Below are positions 40,751-55,298 of a stretch of DNA of 64,000 nucleotides, piece by piece. Numbering within the stretch: the stretch's first letter is position 1; each line of letters starts with the position of its first letter. Made by a program: the position numbers and the translations under genes. Origin of the DNA: Octopus vulgaris (Eukaryota); NCBI GenBank assembly GCA_951406725.2, contig OX597835.1, positions 46,004,001 to 46,068,000 on the forward strand, in the 5' to 3' direction. Below the pieces are notes generated by a model. That model was not told where the DNA came from. It made no database searches and worked only from the letters and a program-made list of their open reading frames with translations.

Positions 40751-41186
40751 AAGAGTGTTTAAAGATGTTATGCACAAAGAGAGGGCACTTGACAGGACTT
40801 TTTACATGTTACAAAAAATAATTCTAAAGGTACGCCGATAAAGGCGCAAGAATGTAAGGGATTATTATCTTTAGTTAATCCCATTCTCCAATTTCCTATT
40901 AATGTGCAAAGAAATTAATTTATCCGCCGTAGTTCTTCAGTTGAATCCCTAAAACAACGCATAATTCTGTAGCTTAATAGATGCCGAAAAAGCATCAGCG
41001 AGCTGCATCCTTATACATAATGGATGCAAATCAAACCCGTAAGGGCTTTCACAGAGCCAGCAGTCAACAATGAATTATAAATTGCGCGTAAATCATAAGG
41101 GTAAAAAAAGAAAATTAGAATAATTTATTACCAGTGGTTTGCATGCGTGATAAAAGTCATAAGACAACACATTTTCATAGATAAGA

Positions 41187-41238
<52 letters not shown>

Positions 41239-41466
41239 GAAAGAAGGTTTGAAAATGCAATTTAGAAAAAGATGTTTATTTACTTTACCGGTTTCACTCT
41301 TTGGAAAAAGATTAACAAAAGTAACATGTGGAAGTTTGGTTGCGTTAATTATTGGTTGTTGCAAATTGCTACATTACATATATATATACAGTCTTTGGAA
41401 GCAGGGACATGTTAAGGACATAAAAAAGTACAACAGTATGTTGGGAATATAAAGAGGTTTAACAAG

Positions 41467-41549
<83 letters not shown>

Positions 41550-42240
41550 GTACATACATAGGGGAAAATGTATGAGGGGTTTAGTTCAGTGATAATATAA
41601 ATGAATAAATACGTTGTGTAAGTGCTATAATTGGTCATCCGTTATGTTCCAAGTTCACACCTGAGGTTGGAGCTAGAGATCCGCAATAAGCTTTCACGTT
41701 AGCAGGTATGTTCCCTTACTCTTGTTTAAAGCCTAAACAATCTCATATAAATTCCTATCATTCTGTCCTATAATCAAATGTATTATCTTTGGACACATGT
41801 CAATTTAAGCCATAACCTAGATAGAAACATTACGTGCACGTCTTTTCAAAGACATTCTGGTGCCTGTTCACGTATTTTTCAAAACTAAATTAGAAACTTG
41901 CACGATATCATAGAGACTCTTTTCTTGACTATTTGAAACAAGTTTTTGGTTCTTCATTTTATATACCTATGGAACTCATGTTTTACGTTCAAACATACTG
42001 TTACACATGAAAACAAATGTAACAGTCGACAGAGAAGCTATATATATATATATATATTAATTTACGAAGGCAATGTTGGATTCGTGTAAAATCTTAGTTG
42101 GTATTCAGTGTACAAAGGGGATATTTTTAAAGACTACAAAATAGTCTGCAGGTGCCAGCAGCGAAATACACTCTGTTGTAGCCAGGAATGAGACCACAGA
42201 TATTGATATATGCATATTTATATATCTAACTAAATCTGTA

Positions 42241-42371
<131 letters not shown>

Positions 42372-42505
42372 GCATACACATACACACACGTACACATATG
42401 TAGGTAAAGACTTAGATAGATACATAGACAGACATATATATATATAAACTTTTTTACAAATATATACCCACTCGTATACGATCCACTCTTATTATAAGTA
42501 TATAT

Positions 42506-42576
<71 letters not shown>

Positions 42577-42577
<1 letters not shown>

Positions 42578-43776
42578 GTTTCTTTATTGGCCACACAGGG
42601 CTGCACACAGATGGGACAAGTTACAAGGTAGAGCTTTTCTTTTGGGGGATGAATAGAACAAAAAACAAAAGAAAAAAGGGGGTGGCCTAGGTTTTCGATC
42701 AAGAGGGATCGTAAAAGGGAAGAAAAGACCAAAAACAAAAAAAAATTGAATAAAATAAAAAGAATAAAAAGAAAAAAAAAGAAAAGGAAAAGGAACAAAA
42801 GGAAAGAGAAATGAAAAAAAGAAGAAAAAAGGGGAAAAAAAGGGGAAGAGGAAAAAAGAACGATCAATAGGGATCACAGTGTTATGATATATGGTATAAA
42901 GGGGAAAGCAAGTAAGGTTTATCCGTGGGAAGAAAAGCCTACGAAAAAGACCACGGTAACCTTGGTCAATATTGTTATATGTTACCACATCTGTTTGCAA
43001 GTGGGTAACCCTCTGTTTTCAATTTCTGGGTTCATAGGATTATGCTCAAGGTGGCTTCGTCATTCATACGTGCCATCCTTGCTACATTCACCCATTTTTT
43101 TTTTAAACATTCGCTAGACAAAACTTGCCTCTCTACTCTCACTTTCCTTTTCAAGTGGTACTTGAAGAAGTTGATGAGAGATTGACCAGAGAGGAAAGTG
43201 TTTGTCTCCAATCCTTTCAGACGCGTCCACCAGATACATTCTTTCGCCATAGCCACAAGGATGATGAAAATAGCTCTTCCTTCCCGTTTGAAGGAAGGAG
43301 GCGTGACAATATTGACGATAGACTCAGCTGATAAACCGACTCGTCCCACACGTGACAGCAGTTGTTCGACATAAGCCCACAGGTCGGAAATTGTTGGACA
43401 CTGCACGAGTGCGTGCAGAACGGTTTCGTCGCTCTGACCGCATCTCGGGCAGGTCGGCCCCGTGTTTCTCGAGCCGTGTCTGTAGAGCTTATCCCGAACG
43501 GGTAGCGCTTCTCGGTAGCACTGCCAGGCCAGGGATCTCTGGAAGTTGTCCATGGGCCCTGGCCCGAAAGTCGTCCTGAACAGGCGGGTCAGGTACTCCT
43601 CGTCGACGTCCAGGTTCGCCCCGAGCTCGTCGTCGTACCTCCCCTCCACTAATCCTCTATAGAATGCTTTGGTTGTGTTGAAGTCACTCAAGGTCGACCC
43701 GGGACGGCATAGTTGCTTGAGAGCAACGCGACACTCGCGGTGCCAATCGCCCTTCCTCGGCCTCTTTTTGATCCAC

Positions 43777-43777
<1 letters not shown>
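42577..43777 (-). mobile_element. 5'-truncated Tx1/L1-clade LINE (ORF2 C-terminus with zf-RVT-like CCHC motif, 3'UTR, AATAAA) inserted in (GATA)n
   Basis: ORF 43032-43691 is open upstream to the repeat junction (SWIKKRPRKGDWHRECRVALKQLCRPGST). Motif W..YREALPV..CPRCGQSDETVLHALVQCP..LW and AKECIWWTR. GC-richer than flanks. (GATA)n on both sides. Confidence 0.9.
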
Positions 43778-43842
<65 letters not shown>

Positions 43843-45632
43843 CAGCCAGATAGTCAGAGAGACAGTTAACTGTGTGACAAGTAATGAAACAAATTATCAG
43901 CGTGTTTTCCGCCCTATTAACTTGTCCGTCTGTCCAGTCTGATATATTGATCTCCAAATCTAATTGTCGCAGATCTTCTACCCTTTACAAATATATTAAT
44001 ACAAATTTATTTTGTTATATTTATCTAAGAACTTCTACAGTGTTTGAGCGTAATGATATTGAAAGAAAGAACTGTAATTCATTCAAGTACAACTTCGCCC
44101 AAGAACACAAGACGGGTACTCCATGGATCATTTTTGACTTTAGGCAAAAATTCAATAGTGAGAAACACAAACTCTTCCGGGCCACATTTTGCCTCCCTTA
44201 TTGTTTCTCATCATCCAAAATTTTGCTGTCGATACTTTACTTTTCCTCACCTCATACTCTACCTCTTTCAAATACTGGCCCTGCTCACCCCTTTCCCTAC
44301 ATTTATAATAGAGAGCAAATACTGCATATTTATGTGGTCAATTAATCAGATGGGTTCGCATCTAAATAAAACTCTGCGCACTGTTATATTAGTTGTTAGT
44401 ACAAACACATTGTTTGGTGGATTTCTATATTTCAGCTGCACCTACTTAAGCAAACTGAATTGTCAGAGCTGAAGCTTTCAAACGTTTCCATAAATTAATA
44501 AGAACAGCAACTGACGAGCCTGGGTATAATTCATCGCAATGATAATACGTATATAAATAAATAGATAAATCTTATCACATGCTACCATTAACACTTTCAG
44601 AAATACAATCTAGTTGTCCGAGACTTCGTTAGAAGGTGCTGGGGCATATGTTTTGTGTACATTCACTCCATTTAAGGGTTTATAAATATTTGAACATTGA
44701 TCAGTGAGATTCTATTATACAGTTTGAATTGGTGTTGACGTTTAACAAAACTTTTGTCACTGTGTTATTTAATATATTCAGTTTATATTTTGAGATGCGA
44801 TATTTCTCTGCACTGCAAAGTTGGCATTACTTTCACGTGCTTATAAAAGCAGTGGTGTGTTTGCTGGCGGTTCGACATTGCTGTATTTCACGCATGTAAG
44901 TTATGGGTCACCAAGGCCGTGATGATTATTTTTGCTGCTCTATTCTGAAGCACAATGTGTGGTTAAGTAAACCGCTCTTGAATCTACTGTCGCCGATACA
45001 GAAAGAGATTTCCTATATTTTTTAAACATGTTGTGTGACTTCGCCGTTATCGAAAATTAACTTCCCGAAGTATGAACCAATCAAGAAATAGTTTTTCCGT
45101 AGTTTTCCCATGTCTTTAGGTTTAACAGTTTCGGGATTATTTGAGGTTATTTTCATCAGTATTCTTTGTGAAGCTATAACTAACTTTGGGGATGAAAGTA
45201 TCAGATTCATAACTTTCTGAGAATCATCTCCCATTTAAAACTAAAAAGTTATTATCATTAGGAATAACATTATTGTTACTGTTTTCGTTTTGTTTCGTAT
45301 TATTTTTAAAGAGGCATCTTTTATCAAATGCGTTTCAACCCTGACCATCCGACATTAATCAATTTAAGGTATTCCAACTTCACATAACTCAAGATTGTTC
45401 CCATTTACCCAAATAGGTCTTCATCTTGAGATGTGAGATATTCTCTTCACATCGGAAATATATATGAAATTAAAGGGTTGTTTTAGCCTCACTCCTTCTA
45501 GAAGAAGGGACAGTACCTACATGTTTCGCAGTGTCTACACATCTACTGACACTGCTAACCTTAACGCTCCTCTTAAACTCTTGCAAGTTGAAATCTGCAA
45601 GAGAGACATGAGGAAGGAAAGAGGTTCTAGAC

Positions 45633-48551
45633 CAGAGGTGGGCAAACTACGGGCCGCATGCGGCCTGCCATAGGTTTTCATGCGGCCCGCCGAGAGCTTA
45701 CATGAATCGCAACTTGTATGCAGATACTTCGTAACTGTTTCAGTTGTGCGGTAATTGACAATAGTTTGCATTTTATTTCAGTTCACTGTTTCGCACCTTC
45801 ACAAAATTGTCCGCTGTTTGTTTGTTTGTTTCAGATACTGTGAAGCGATGAAAAATTTCGAGAAATATTCCCATGACATCATAATAAAACACATTTCCGG
45901 GTGAAGATATCTTTTCTGTGTTTTCTCGTCAGACCCTACAAACACAAAAATTAATAGAACAATAAAAGAAGTATTGTGGCAATACAACGAGTCAATCGAT
46001 ATGCTTGAAACATTCAAATAAATAAATCACGTGATAGATGGTGAAGAGGGCATGATGGACGATGCGTTTCGTTCCAATGAAGAAGCCGGCCAGGTTAATA
46101 AAAGGGCTTGAACCAGCTTTTTCGGGACACAGAGCTGTGGTTGGTTATCATTCACTCTATCGATTATTTGAATTTAGTACAGACACGAGTGTTTCAAACT
46201 AGCTTTTGTTGTCTGATAAAATTTACCCAAAATGAGTTGTTGGAAGCTATCTGAAAAGCGAAAACTTGAAGAGGAATGTCGTGTTTTTAATGAAAATTGG
46301 ACTGAAAAGTATTTCTTTACCGATGTTGGAGTGAAAGCTGCATGTTTGATTTGTTCTGAAATAGTTGCTATGTTCAAGGAATATAATTTGAAACGCCACT
46401 TTCAAACGAAGCACGCCAATTTTGGACACAATTTATCAAAACAAGAACTGCAAAAGAAAGCAAATGATCTGACAAAACGTTTGAAACAACAGCAAAATGT
46501 GTTTGATAAAACCTCCTCTTTACAAAAGAACGCGACAAAGGCAAGTTTTATATTGGCCAACAAAATTGCAAAGCAAAACAAGTCATTCGCAGAAGCAGAA
46601 TTTATCAAAGATTGTATGGTTGATGCTGTCAGCGTTGTGTCCTGAAGTTAAGTCAAAAGTAGAAGCCATTTCCCTGTCACGAAGAACTATTGTTCGTCGC
46701 ATTGATGCAATTGCCGTGAATATTCATGAACAGCTGTTAACAGCCAGTGGTCGATTTCAGTGGTTTTCTATTACTTGAGATGAGAGTACTGATATTCAGG
46801 ATACTGTTCAGTTACTCATTTACATCAGAGGAATTGACGAAAACTTTGAAATTACAGAGGAATTGTTATCTATGGAGTCTCTCAAAGACACTACTACTGG
46901 AAAAGATTTGTTCAACAGTGTCATTAACAGTTCAATCAGGTCTGGATTAACCCTAAATAAACTGGCCAGCATTACAACCGATGGAGCTCCTTCACTCACC
47001 AGTAAACATTCCGGCCTTGTGAAGTTGTTGAATGACAAAATCAAAGAAGATTTCCACTACACAGTGTGTTGTCTTTTCACTGCATCATACATCAAGAAAG
47101 CCTTTGTAAGTCATCTTTAAAACTCAAACATGTCATCGAACCTGTGGTGCGTGCAGTGAATTTAATAAGATCACGGGGATTGAAACACAGGCAATTCCGA
47201 AGTCTCTTGGAGGATGTGGAGGCTGATTTTACTGATGTGCTGTACTACACAAATGTCCGCTGGTTAAGCATTGGAAAAGCTCTTAAGAGAGCATGGGACC
47301 TCAAAGCAGAGATTCTTATGTTTCTCAACATGCAAGACATCTCCTGTGACTTTTTAAACGAAATGGAGAGTGACGAATGGGTTTGTGATTTTGCATTTGC
47401 TGTGGACATAATGCAGAAGCTGAATGAACTTAACACAAAACTGCAAGGCAAAGGTATATTTGCTCATGAATTGTACCTGGAAGTGAAAGCTTTTCAATGG
47501 AAGCTTGGACTTTTTGCCAAGCAGCTGAATGAGCAAAAATTTATTCACTTCCCTCTGCTGAAAACACAGTCTGTTACACAAGAATCATCGGACAAGTACA
47601 GTTCCCAGTTGATGGCTTTACAAAAGGAATTCATTAGAAGATTTGCTGATTTCAAGGCAGTTGAAGGCCTGTTCGATTTGCTTAACTCACCTCTTGCCTG
47701 TGACATTGAAACAACTACCGAGGAACTGCAGATAGAACTGATTCATTTGCAAGCCGACAATTCTTTAAATATGATGTTTGAAAGTAAACCACCGTTCGAG
47801 TTTTATGCTTCTCTACATTCAAAAATGTTTCAAAATCTAAAAAAAAGTGCAAGAAACGTGTTTGTGTTGTTTGCATCAACTTACATATGTGAGCACACTT
47901 TCTCCATCATGAAAATTAACAAGGGGAAGAATCGATCACTTCTCACAGACTCAAATCTTCAGTCAGTGTTAAGAATCAGCACAAGCAACTTGACACCTAA
48001 TTTTGACAAACTGGTAAATGACAGTAGTCAGCTGCATCATTCTCATTGACATTGTTATTTACAGAGCCGCTTTGTTTTTCAAATAAATGCTTCAGGTGAC
48101 GTTTCTAATTTCAGATATCAATTCATATTAATAAACTGTTATTTCTCTTTAAAATCTTTTATTTTGGGTATCCTAGAATTTAAGTATAATATTCATCATG
48201 GTTGTCCATAATATTAAGAGGTGGTTGTCCACAATTAGTGCAGATTTTACTAGGAAAATTCCGTTCCTGGCAATTTGTAAGCAATAACAAGCTGTCCAAA
48301 ATAACCGAGGTTCCTATAATAATTTCAACTATAGGAGCAAATAACCGAAAAACATGAACCCGATACTCTAAAAAATAAATTAAATCACTTAAACCAGGAA
48401 TATTTCACAAAATTTCCTTTCAATAAATTGTGTCTTTATAGGTCTATAACCGCCCTTAAAAATATTTCCACTTGATTTTTATAAATGGGGCCCGCCAAGG
48501 TTCCAAAGTCGCACTGTGCGGCCCGCGATCAAATAAGTTCGCCCACCCCTG
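45633..48551 (+). mobile_element. Full-length hAT DNA transposon (Charlie/Buster group, SPIN-like transposase)
   Basis: TIRs cagaggtgggcaaact / agttcgcccacccctg. Perfect 8-bp TSD TTCTAGAC (45625-45632, 48552-48559). Subterminal gcggcccgc motifs. Length 2919 bp. Confidence 0.97.
46232..48049 (+). pseudogene. hAT transposase (SPIN/GTF2IRD2-like), disabled by two frameshifts and one stop
   Basis: Zinc-binding CLIC..NLKRHFQTKH; SIT*DESTD; TTDGAP; HCIIHQ; VRWLS; STYICEHTFS; C-terminal HHSH. Frameshifts near 46640 and 47053, TGA at 46776. Confidence 0.93.
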
Positions 48552-50084
48552 TTCTAGACGGTAGTCGTTCTACGGGGAAATGACCACATAGAGATCAGTT
48601 TTGGACTGTGTGAGGGGTGACATTGGATGCTATGTAGGCGATGAAAAAAACGTATGTGTTACTTGGTTGGTTTTATCCAAAAGTCATTCATCTGGTTAAA
48701 GTAACATATAATGTAGAAAGAATACACACCATTAACTTTCTGTTTTCATATCTGCTGAGAATTAAATTATCGAATCTCCAGCGATCTTTGCAGGTGTAAG
48801 AAAGTTTTAATATATTTTCCTATTAATACTACAGAGAGAAATAAGTAAATTTCAGAATCACCCAAGATATAGATGCCAAACAATAAATTGTTTCTTTTCT
48901 CTTATTTTTTTTTCTTTCTTCACTTTTCTTTTTTGGATAAAGAATCGTTGCAGACATGATAAATAGGCGAAGAAAGAACGTCTCGAGGAGGCTTGAAAGA
49001 TATAAAAGGTAAAAGAGTTGATGGCAAGAACGAATTAGAAAGGATATTTTGAAACCAATGCCTAATGGCTTCGATATTATTCGACAGATGAAAGAAGAAC
49101 GGATCAATAAGATTGCCGTTAAAACACTTAAATTCGCCATCTTGAAATTTTTTTCTTCTTCTAAATTCGCCCCTTTCATCTTATTGCATTGCTGCCATAT
49201 TGATGCTGTTATAGTTTACCAAAAGTTCGATTTCCAGTAAAGAATTCATTGTGTTTTATTTTAAATACTGACTTCTTCAATAAATGTGGTTAAAGTTTTG
49301 TTACTATTCACTCTCAAGAGAAATAAAAAAATTGTCTTCCACAACAATTAAAACAACAACTATAACAACAGCAACAACAGCAACAACACCAATAACAAAT
49401 CTTTTCACTTTATTCTCTGCCTCTAATTTTATTTTTAGCTTTTGACATAGTCCACATTCAAAGGTGAAATTTTACAGCCTATTCAGTCAGCCTAGAAGAA
49501 CTGTTTAAATATTAATTACACTTATACCATTAAAGGTAAAGCACGCACCGGGTTTTTGTAATCTGTGTTATTGTTGTTTTTGTTGTAGTATTTATTGCTG
49601 TTGTTGTTGTGTATAATGTCACCTCCACCGCCACCGTCTATCGACCCGTACCGCAATAAAAGATTCAATATTAAATGTAATGTTACGTTCAAGAATACTA
49701 TAATTATTGTTATTTATTTAATAGCTTTATTTTTATGTTATATGTTTTCACTCCAACTGACAGCTACACTGTCAAATCTCGGTTTTTGTCGAAATCATTG
49801 TTGATATTGTCCGACTCATGTTTTCTTATCGTTAATTCTTATTGTTTATTTTGGTGCAGAATTGATCAAGAATAGGAAGAATTGTGCAGTTAATCTTTTT
49901 CTCATTTAAAAATGCTGAAATGTGTTTGAATATAAAAAAAAAGATATGAAAATTATAACAAATATTAAAAGGAAAAATGGTGGCTACAATTTTAGCATTG
50001 ATAAGGAAAATGCCAGACGCAGATGTTAAGTATATGTAGGTGGGTATATCGTGATAGCTTAACATTTTAATAGAAATTCAACAT

Positions 50085-50548
50085 GATAGTAAGCCATCAC
50101 GAGAACAAGCCATTATATTTGGAAATACTACGCTAGCGAGCCATTGTGGCAGCACGCCATCTTTGTAGCAAGCCATCGTGGTAGCAAACATGGAACTAGT
50201 ACACCATTGTGGCAATAACCATTGTCGTAGCAAGCCATCGTTGCAGCAAGCAATCGTCGTATTAAGCCATCGTGGCAGTAAACCATCGTACCAGTCTACA
50301 TCATGCTAGCAAGCTGTCGTGTATAGAAGCAATCATGATAGCAAGCCATCGTGATAGAAACCACTGTGCTGGTGAGGCATTGTAGTAACAATCTGCGGTG
50401 ACAGCAAGCGATCGTGCTGGCTAACGACGTGTTAGTAATGATCATGTTTGCAAGCTTTCGTCCAAACAAGCCATTGCTGTCGCAAGCCATTACTGCAGGA
50501 AGCCATGGTTATAACTAGCTGTCGTTGCAGCAAGCTATCCTGCTAGCT
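50085..50548. repeat. Degenerate ~16-bp minisatellite (consensus approximately TAGCAAGCCATCGTGG)
   Basis: Recurrent gcaagccatcgt-like cores at about 16-bp spacing over about 460 bp. Confidence 0.75.
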
Positions 50549-51997
50549 AGGAAAGAAGTGCTTTGTTATCAAAAACGGGAATCGTGATACAACGGCATTC
50601 ACTGACATCGACGCTTTATGATTGATAACAATGAGATTAAGAACGAAATTCTATGTTATTGTTACAATTAAAATTGCAGACACAGCCACCAACAGAAGCA
50701 ACGACAACTGTCTCTGCTGCATCAACACACCAAATATCAACAGTTGTAAGAGGATGTAAGACACAGTCTCTAAAAGTATTAGCGATGCCAACAGTTGAAT
50801 TACCAATGTTCCACAATAGTTACGCAGCCACAACTAATATCGATACCATCACTTAACAAAAACTAGAAAACAGGAACACTAAGAACAAGCACCAGAGTGA
50901 TTACTCATTTTCTAAGAATAAAAGTCATCACAGATCAGTTCTTTCTCCAAAGCATGGCGACGACACTGAAACAGGCATCAATGGGTACATGTGAATGTCG
51001 GATAATAGTTTGTACCTGAAGAGGTGAGTATAAATATAAGCAATCACCAAACTCTGCCACAATCGAGTTCCGATAATCAATATAGAAAACCAAACAGCAA
51101 AAACCAGAGAAATTCTTAACTCTTTCGTATTCAGACAATTAAATATAATATTTGCATTGTTTTGAATTAATAACTCATTAACTCCTAGCTTCGAGATATT
51201 GTTAATATGATAATTTATTTTCAGAATGACATTGTACTATAGATATAAAAGGATGGGTGTGACCAGTTTTTACATAAAACTGGCAAAACATTCAGGCCGG
51301 ATACGGCTGGTTTCAATCCCATCGTTCTAAAAGTTGTCTTCAGTGCTGTTGAATATTCTACAAAATGGATGCAGTACAGGATGGTGGTAAAAGGACCAGA
51401 CACACGATTGTACATTCTTTCACCACCATCAGGCCACTCGTAAAGCACAAATCTGTACTAGATGCTGTTATCTCATCCTTACTTCTTCATCCTATAAACT
51501 TGCCTCTATTTCAAAACACTTGTTCATGCGTGAAACTTAATTTACACTCCTATCTCTCAATTACAAACCTCTACCACTCCACTACCAACCCCAAGAGCAT
51601 CACCAATACACTGCTACCCCTTCTCTACTCTGAACCGTTACCGCACCACGACCACCAGGTGGCACATTACTACCTACTTTAATTCCGTACTTCACTACAG
51701 CCTCACCATCACCAAGACACCACGACGTCTCTGCTACAGACCATTAGCTCAATAATACCTCTCTACTACAAAACACTACTTCACCAAATCCACAACAGTA
51801 CTTCCTCATCACTTCGTCACTGCCTAACTACAATCTAGTTCTTTACTACAAATCATTACTTCATCTCGATTTCACATACGCCACACCCCTACGTCTGTTA
51901 TACATCTCGACTCCCTGCAAACCAAATTTTATCTGCAAACCAACAGAAATAAGCGTAGAATCTCCCTCTGAAAACAGCCCAACTTATTAAACAATGA

Positions 51998-52180
51998 ATT
52001 ATTAGCCGGTCAGGCAAAATTCTTAGCGGCAGTTCGTCTCTCTTTGCGTTTTAAGCTCAAATTCCGCGAAGGTCGACTTTGCAATCCATCTTGTTGGGAT
52101 CGATAAAATAAGTTGAGTGTCAGTTGAGCTCTAGATTCGATGAAATTACCGGCCCTGTGTCCAAAATTTGAAAGTAATAT
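51998..52180 (+). mobile_element. SINE family A degenerate copy
   Basis: cttagcggc..caaattccgcgaaggtcgactttgc..gatcgataaaataag..ggccctgtgtccaaaatttgaaa. Confidence 0.7.
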
Positions 52181-53693
52181 CTATAATTTACGTGAGCATG
52201 AAAGGTGATGTCCAAACATGGAACTCTAGTTGGAACGCTGACCTGAAATAAAACAATATCAACAACTCTGTCACCATCGTCATCATCATTATCATCATCA
52301 TCATCATCATCCATAAAAGCAACAACTTCTTATCTCCATTGATAAGAAACACTTACTCTTAATATAGCCGGCTGTGTAAAGAATTCAGTGAAAGTTGATC
52401 TTCAGATGACAAAATCACAATGTGTGTATATGTGTAACGATAAATGTATGTATAATACATATATATATATATATACTTCAGCAACAAGTGAGCGTGCTTT
52501 ATCAACTCTATTACTTTTCTTCTGCAACATCCACCACGGCCATTAGCCGTGACTCCAATATCAGTAAACGATATTTCTTATTAAAGGAATAGCTATTAGT
52601 ATTTTATCGCCAGGATATCAACAATGGCTATTTATAACTTCAGACACCATTTTGAAAAATATTGTGACAGAGACACATCCTCTGATATCGTTTACACGAA
52701 TCAAAGTAGGTAAAAGAAAATATATATAAAAAAATATACACAACTAGATAACTAGAGCAGTGACTTACGCGTATCTTCTTTCTCTTATTTTTATTCTTTT
52801 TCTGTACATCTGCAAAAAAAAAAAAAAAACCTTTAATTTGTCTCGTCTTTTTTCAATGATTTTTTTTGTCTTAAATTCTTTTATTTTATTCGCGTTTTTG
52901 TCTTCTGTTTCTGCAATGGTGGATATACTTTTTCTCTTGATTATTATTTTTTTCTTTTCAATTCATATATCTTAGTATTTTGCCTCATATTTTTGATATA
53001 TATTTTCTTATGCGTCATTTTCTATTATTGCATTTTATTTTTTCTAAAAAAATTACATCTTTTCTTTTTCTTTTAAACTTATGTTCTCCCATATTTCAAC
53101 GTCGCCATTTTTCTTCCCTTTATTCATTTATTTATTTACTTATTTATCACCTTACTCCATTTTTCTCATCAATAACTACAAAAATTTCTTCTTTCTTTTT
53201 TTTTTTTCTAATCTTCCACAAAGTATTTTTTCTTATTTATTTCTTAATGCCATACGATATTTCTTCCGGCTCTTTATGTTCTGAGTTCAACTTCTGCCAG
53301 TGACCCATGAGATTTACCTCTATAAGGATGGTCGATATGCTAGAAATGGCAGTAAACATCTTTCACACTTTCTCCAAAACAATATATAATGAAATATTTG
53401 ACAACATAGTCACAGAAACGACATGGCTGAAAAATAAATGAATGAGTTTCTGAAATTAGGAGGTGGTTCGATTATGGATTGGCTCAATCAGATGACCTTG
53501 CGCTAAATAACAAGAGCGGGAAAAAGCAATAACGAAACAGCTGTAACAGAATTATCATCATCATCATCATCAGTTACAACTACTATTGCTAGAACTAAAG
53601 AAAGACCTCAGGCCGGCTAGAAATCGAGGGTAACTGAAACAGGAAACAATAACAACAACAACCACTACTACTACTACAACTACTACTACTTCT

Positions 53694-53740
<47 letters not shown>

Positions 53741-53756
53741 AACTACCACCACCACC

Positions 53757-53791
<35 letters not shown>

Positions 53792-54316
53792 AACTACTAC
53801 TACTACTATTGCAGCCAATAATACTACCACGAATACTACCACCATCCCTGTATTACTATTCACGACCTGAATCTAGCTGAAAGGGTCAATGTCATATTGA
53901 AAAAAAGTAGTCAGAAGTATAGAACTGAACCCCTTCACACATACATGTCAACTGAAAAAGAAACAACAACAAAAATTAATAACAACCACGAAAAACAACA
54001 AGAGGTGCTTACACTCTACGAAATTCCATTGTGGCCCATTTTCAACTTTGGCAACTTTTTTTCTTTTCGACATTTTTAACATTTTGATTTTGATTTTGAT
54101 TTTGATTTTTCTAGTTTCAGCTAATGAGCTGTGGCCATGCTGGGGTACCGCCATTCATTTTCTTTTTTTTTTCTACAGTTCTTTCTCCGCTCTTTCATTC
54201 CTTTTTGTATGTTCCATACTTCCTTCTTTGTGTACTTAGTTGATTGTAATCTTCATCTTTTTCCCAAGATATTCTTCATATTTGCCACCGTCCGTCATCC
54301 ATGTACTATCGTCGTC

Positions 54317-54482
54317 AGGCGTAGGAGTGGCTGTGTGGTAAATAGCTTGCTTACCAACCACATGGTTCCGGGTTCAGTCCCACTGCGTGGCACCTTGGGC
54401 AAGTGTTTTCTACTATAGCCCCAGGCCGACCAAAACATTGTCAGTGGACTTCGTAGACGGAAACTGAAAGAATCCCGTGGTA

Positions 54483-54555
<73 letters not shown>

Positions 54556-54716
54556 ATATGCTTGTGTCTATGTTTGTCCCTGTCTATGTTTGTTGCTTGA
54601 CAACCGATGCTGGTGTGTTTACGTCCCCGTAACTAAGTCCTGGGGTCGATTTGATCGACTAAAGACGGTGCTCCAGCATGGCCACAGTCAATTGACTGAA
54701 ACAATTAAAAGAGTAT
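54317..54716 (+). mobile_element. SINE family B with expanded internal (TA)n(TG)n
   Basis: ggcgtaggagtggctgtgtggtaa..ggttccgggttcagtccc..ccagcatggccacagtcaattgactgaaac. Confidence 0.9.
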
Positions 54717-54905
54717 CAGCCCCATGAATCATCCGTACAACTTTCATCATCACCATTTTCCTTTAATTTTCATTTCCCTCCTCCTATTACTCTTTTCTGG
54801 TAAGTCATCATCGTCGCCGCCACCAACGTTATTCCCGCGCCTCTTACTACTGCTACCATCAGCACCACCACCGCCGTCACCAATACCACGACCATCACTG
54901 CAACA

Positions 54906-54988
<83 letters not shown>

Positions 54989-55147
54989 CACTTCTACTAC
55001 CACCACTACAACTCCTACTACTGTTCCTGCAGCTACTGCTACGATTGCTGCTGCTGATGTCTTTTCTTCTTCCTTCATCATTATCATCTTCACCATCATC
55101 ATCATCTCATCCTCATCGTTCTATTTTCGCTCTTCTTCATCATCATC

Positions 55148-55179
<32 letters not shown>

Positions 55180-55190
55180 CATCATCATCA

Positions 55191-55298
<108 letters not shown>

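Noticed and set aside
46232-48049. Host gene GTF2IRD2/ZBED-like call
   Set aside because: Flanked by TIRs and a TSD and disrupted by frameshifts and a stop, so it is a transposon copy and not a domesticated gene.
50085-50548. CRISPR-like array
   Set aside because: Units are contiguous, degenerate and 16 bp long with no unique spacers. The context is eukaryotic and there are no cas genes.
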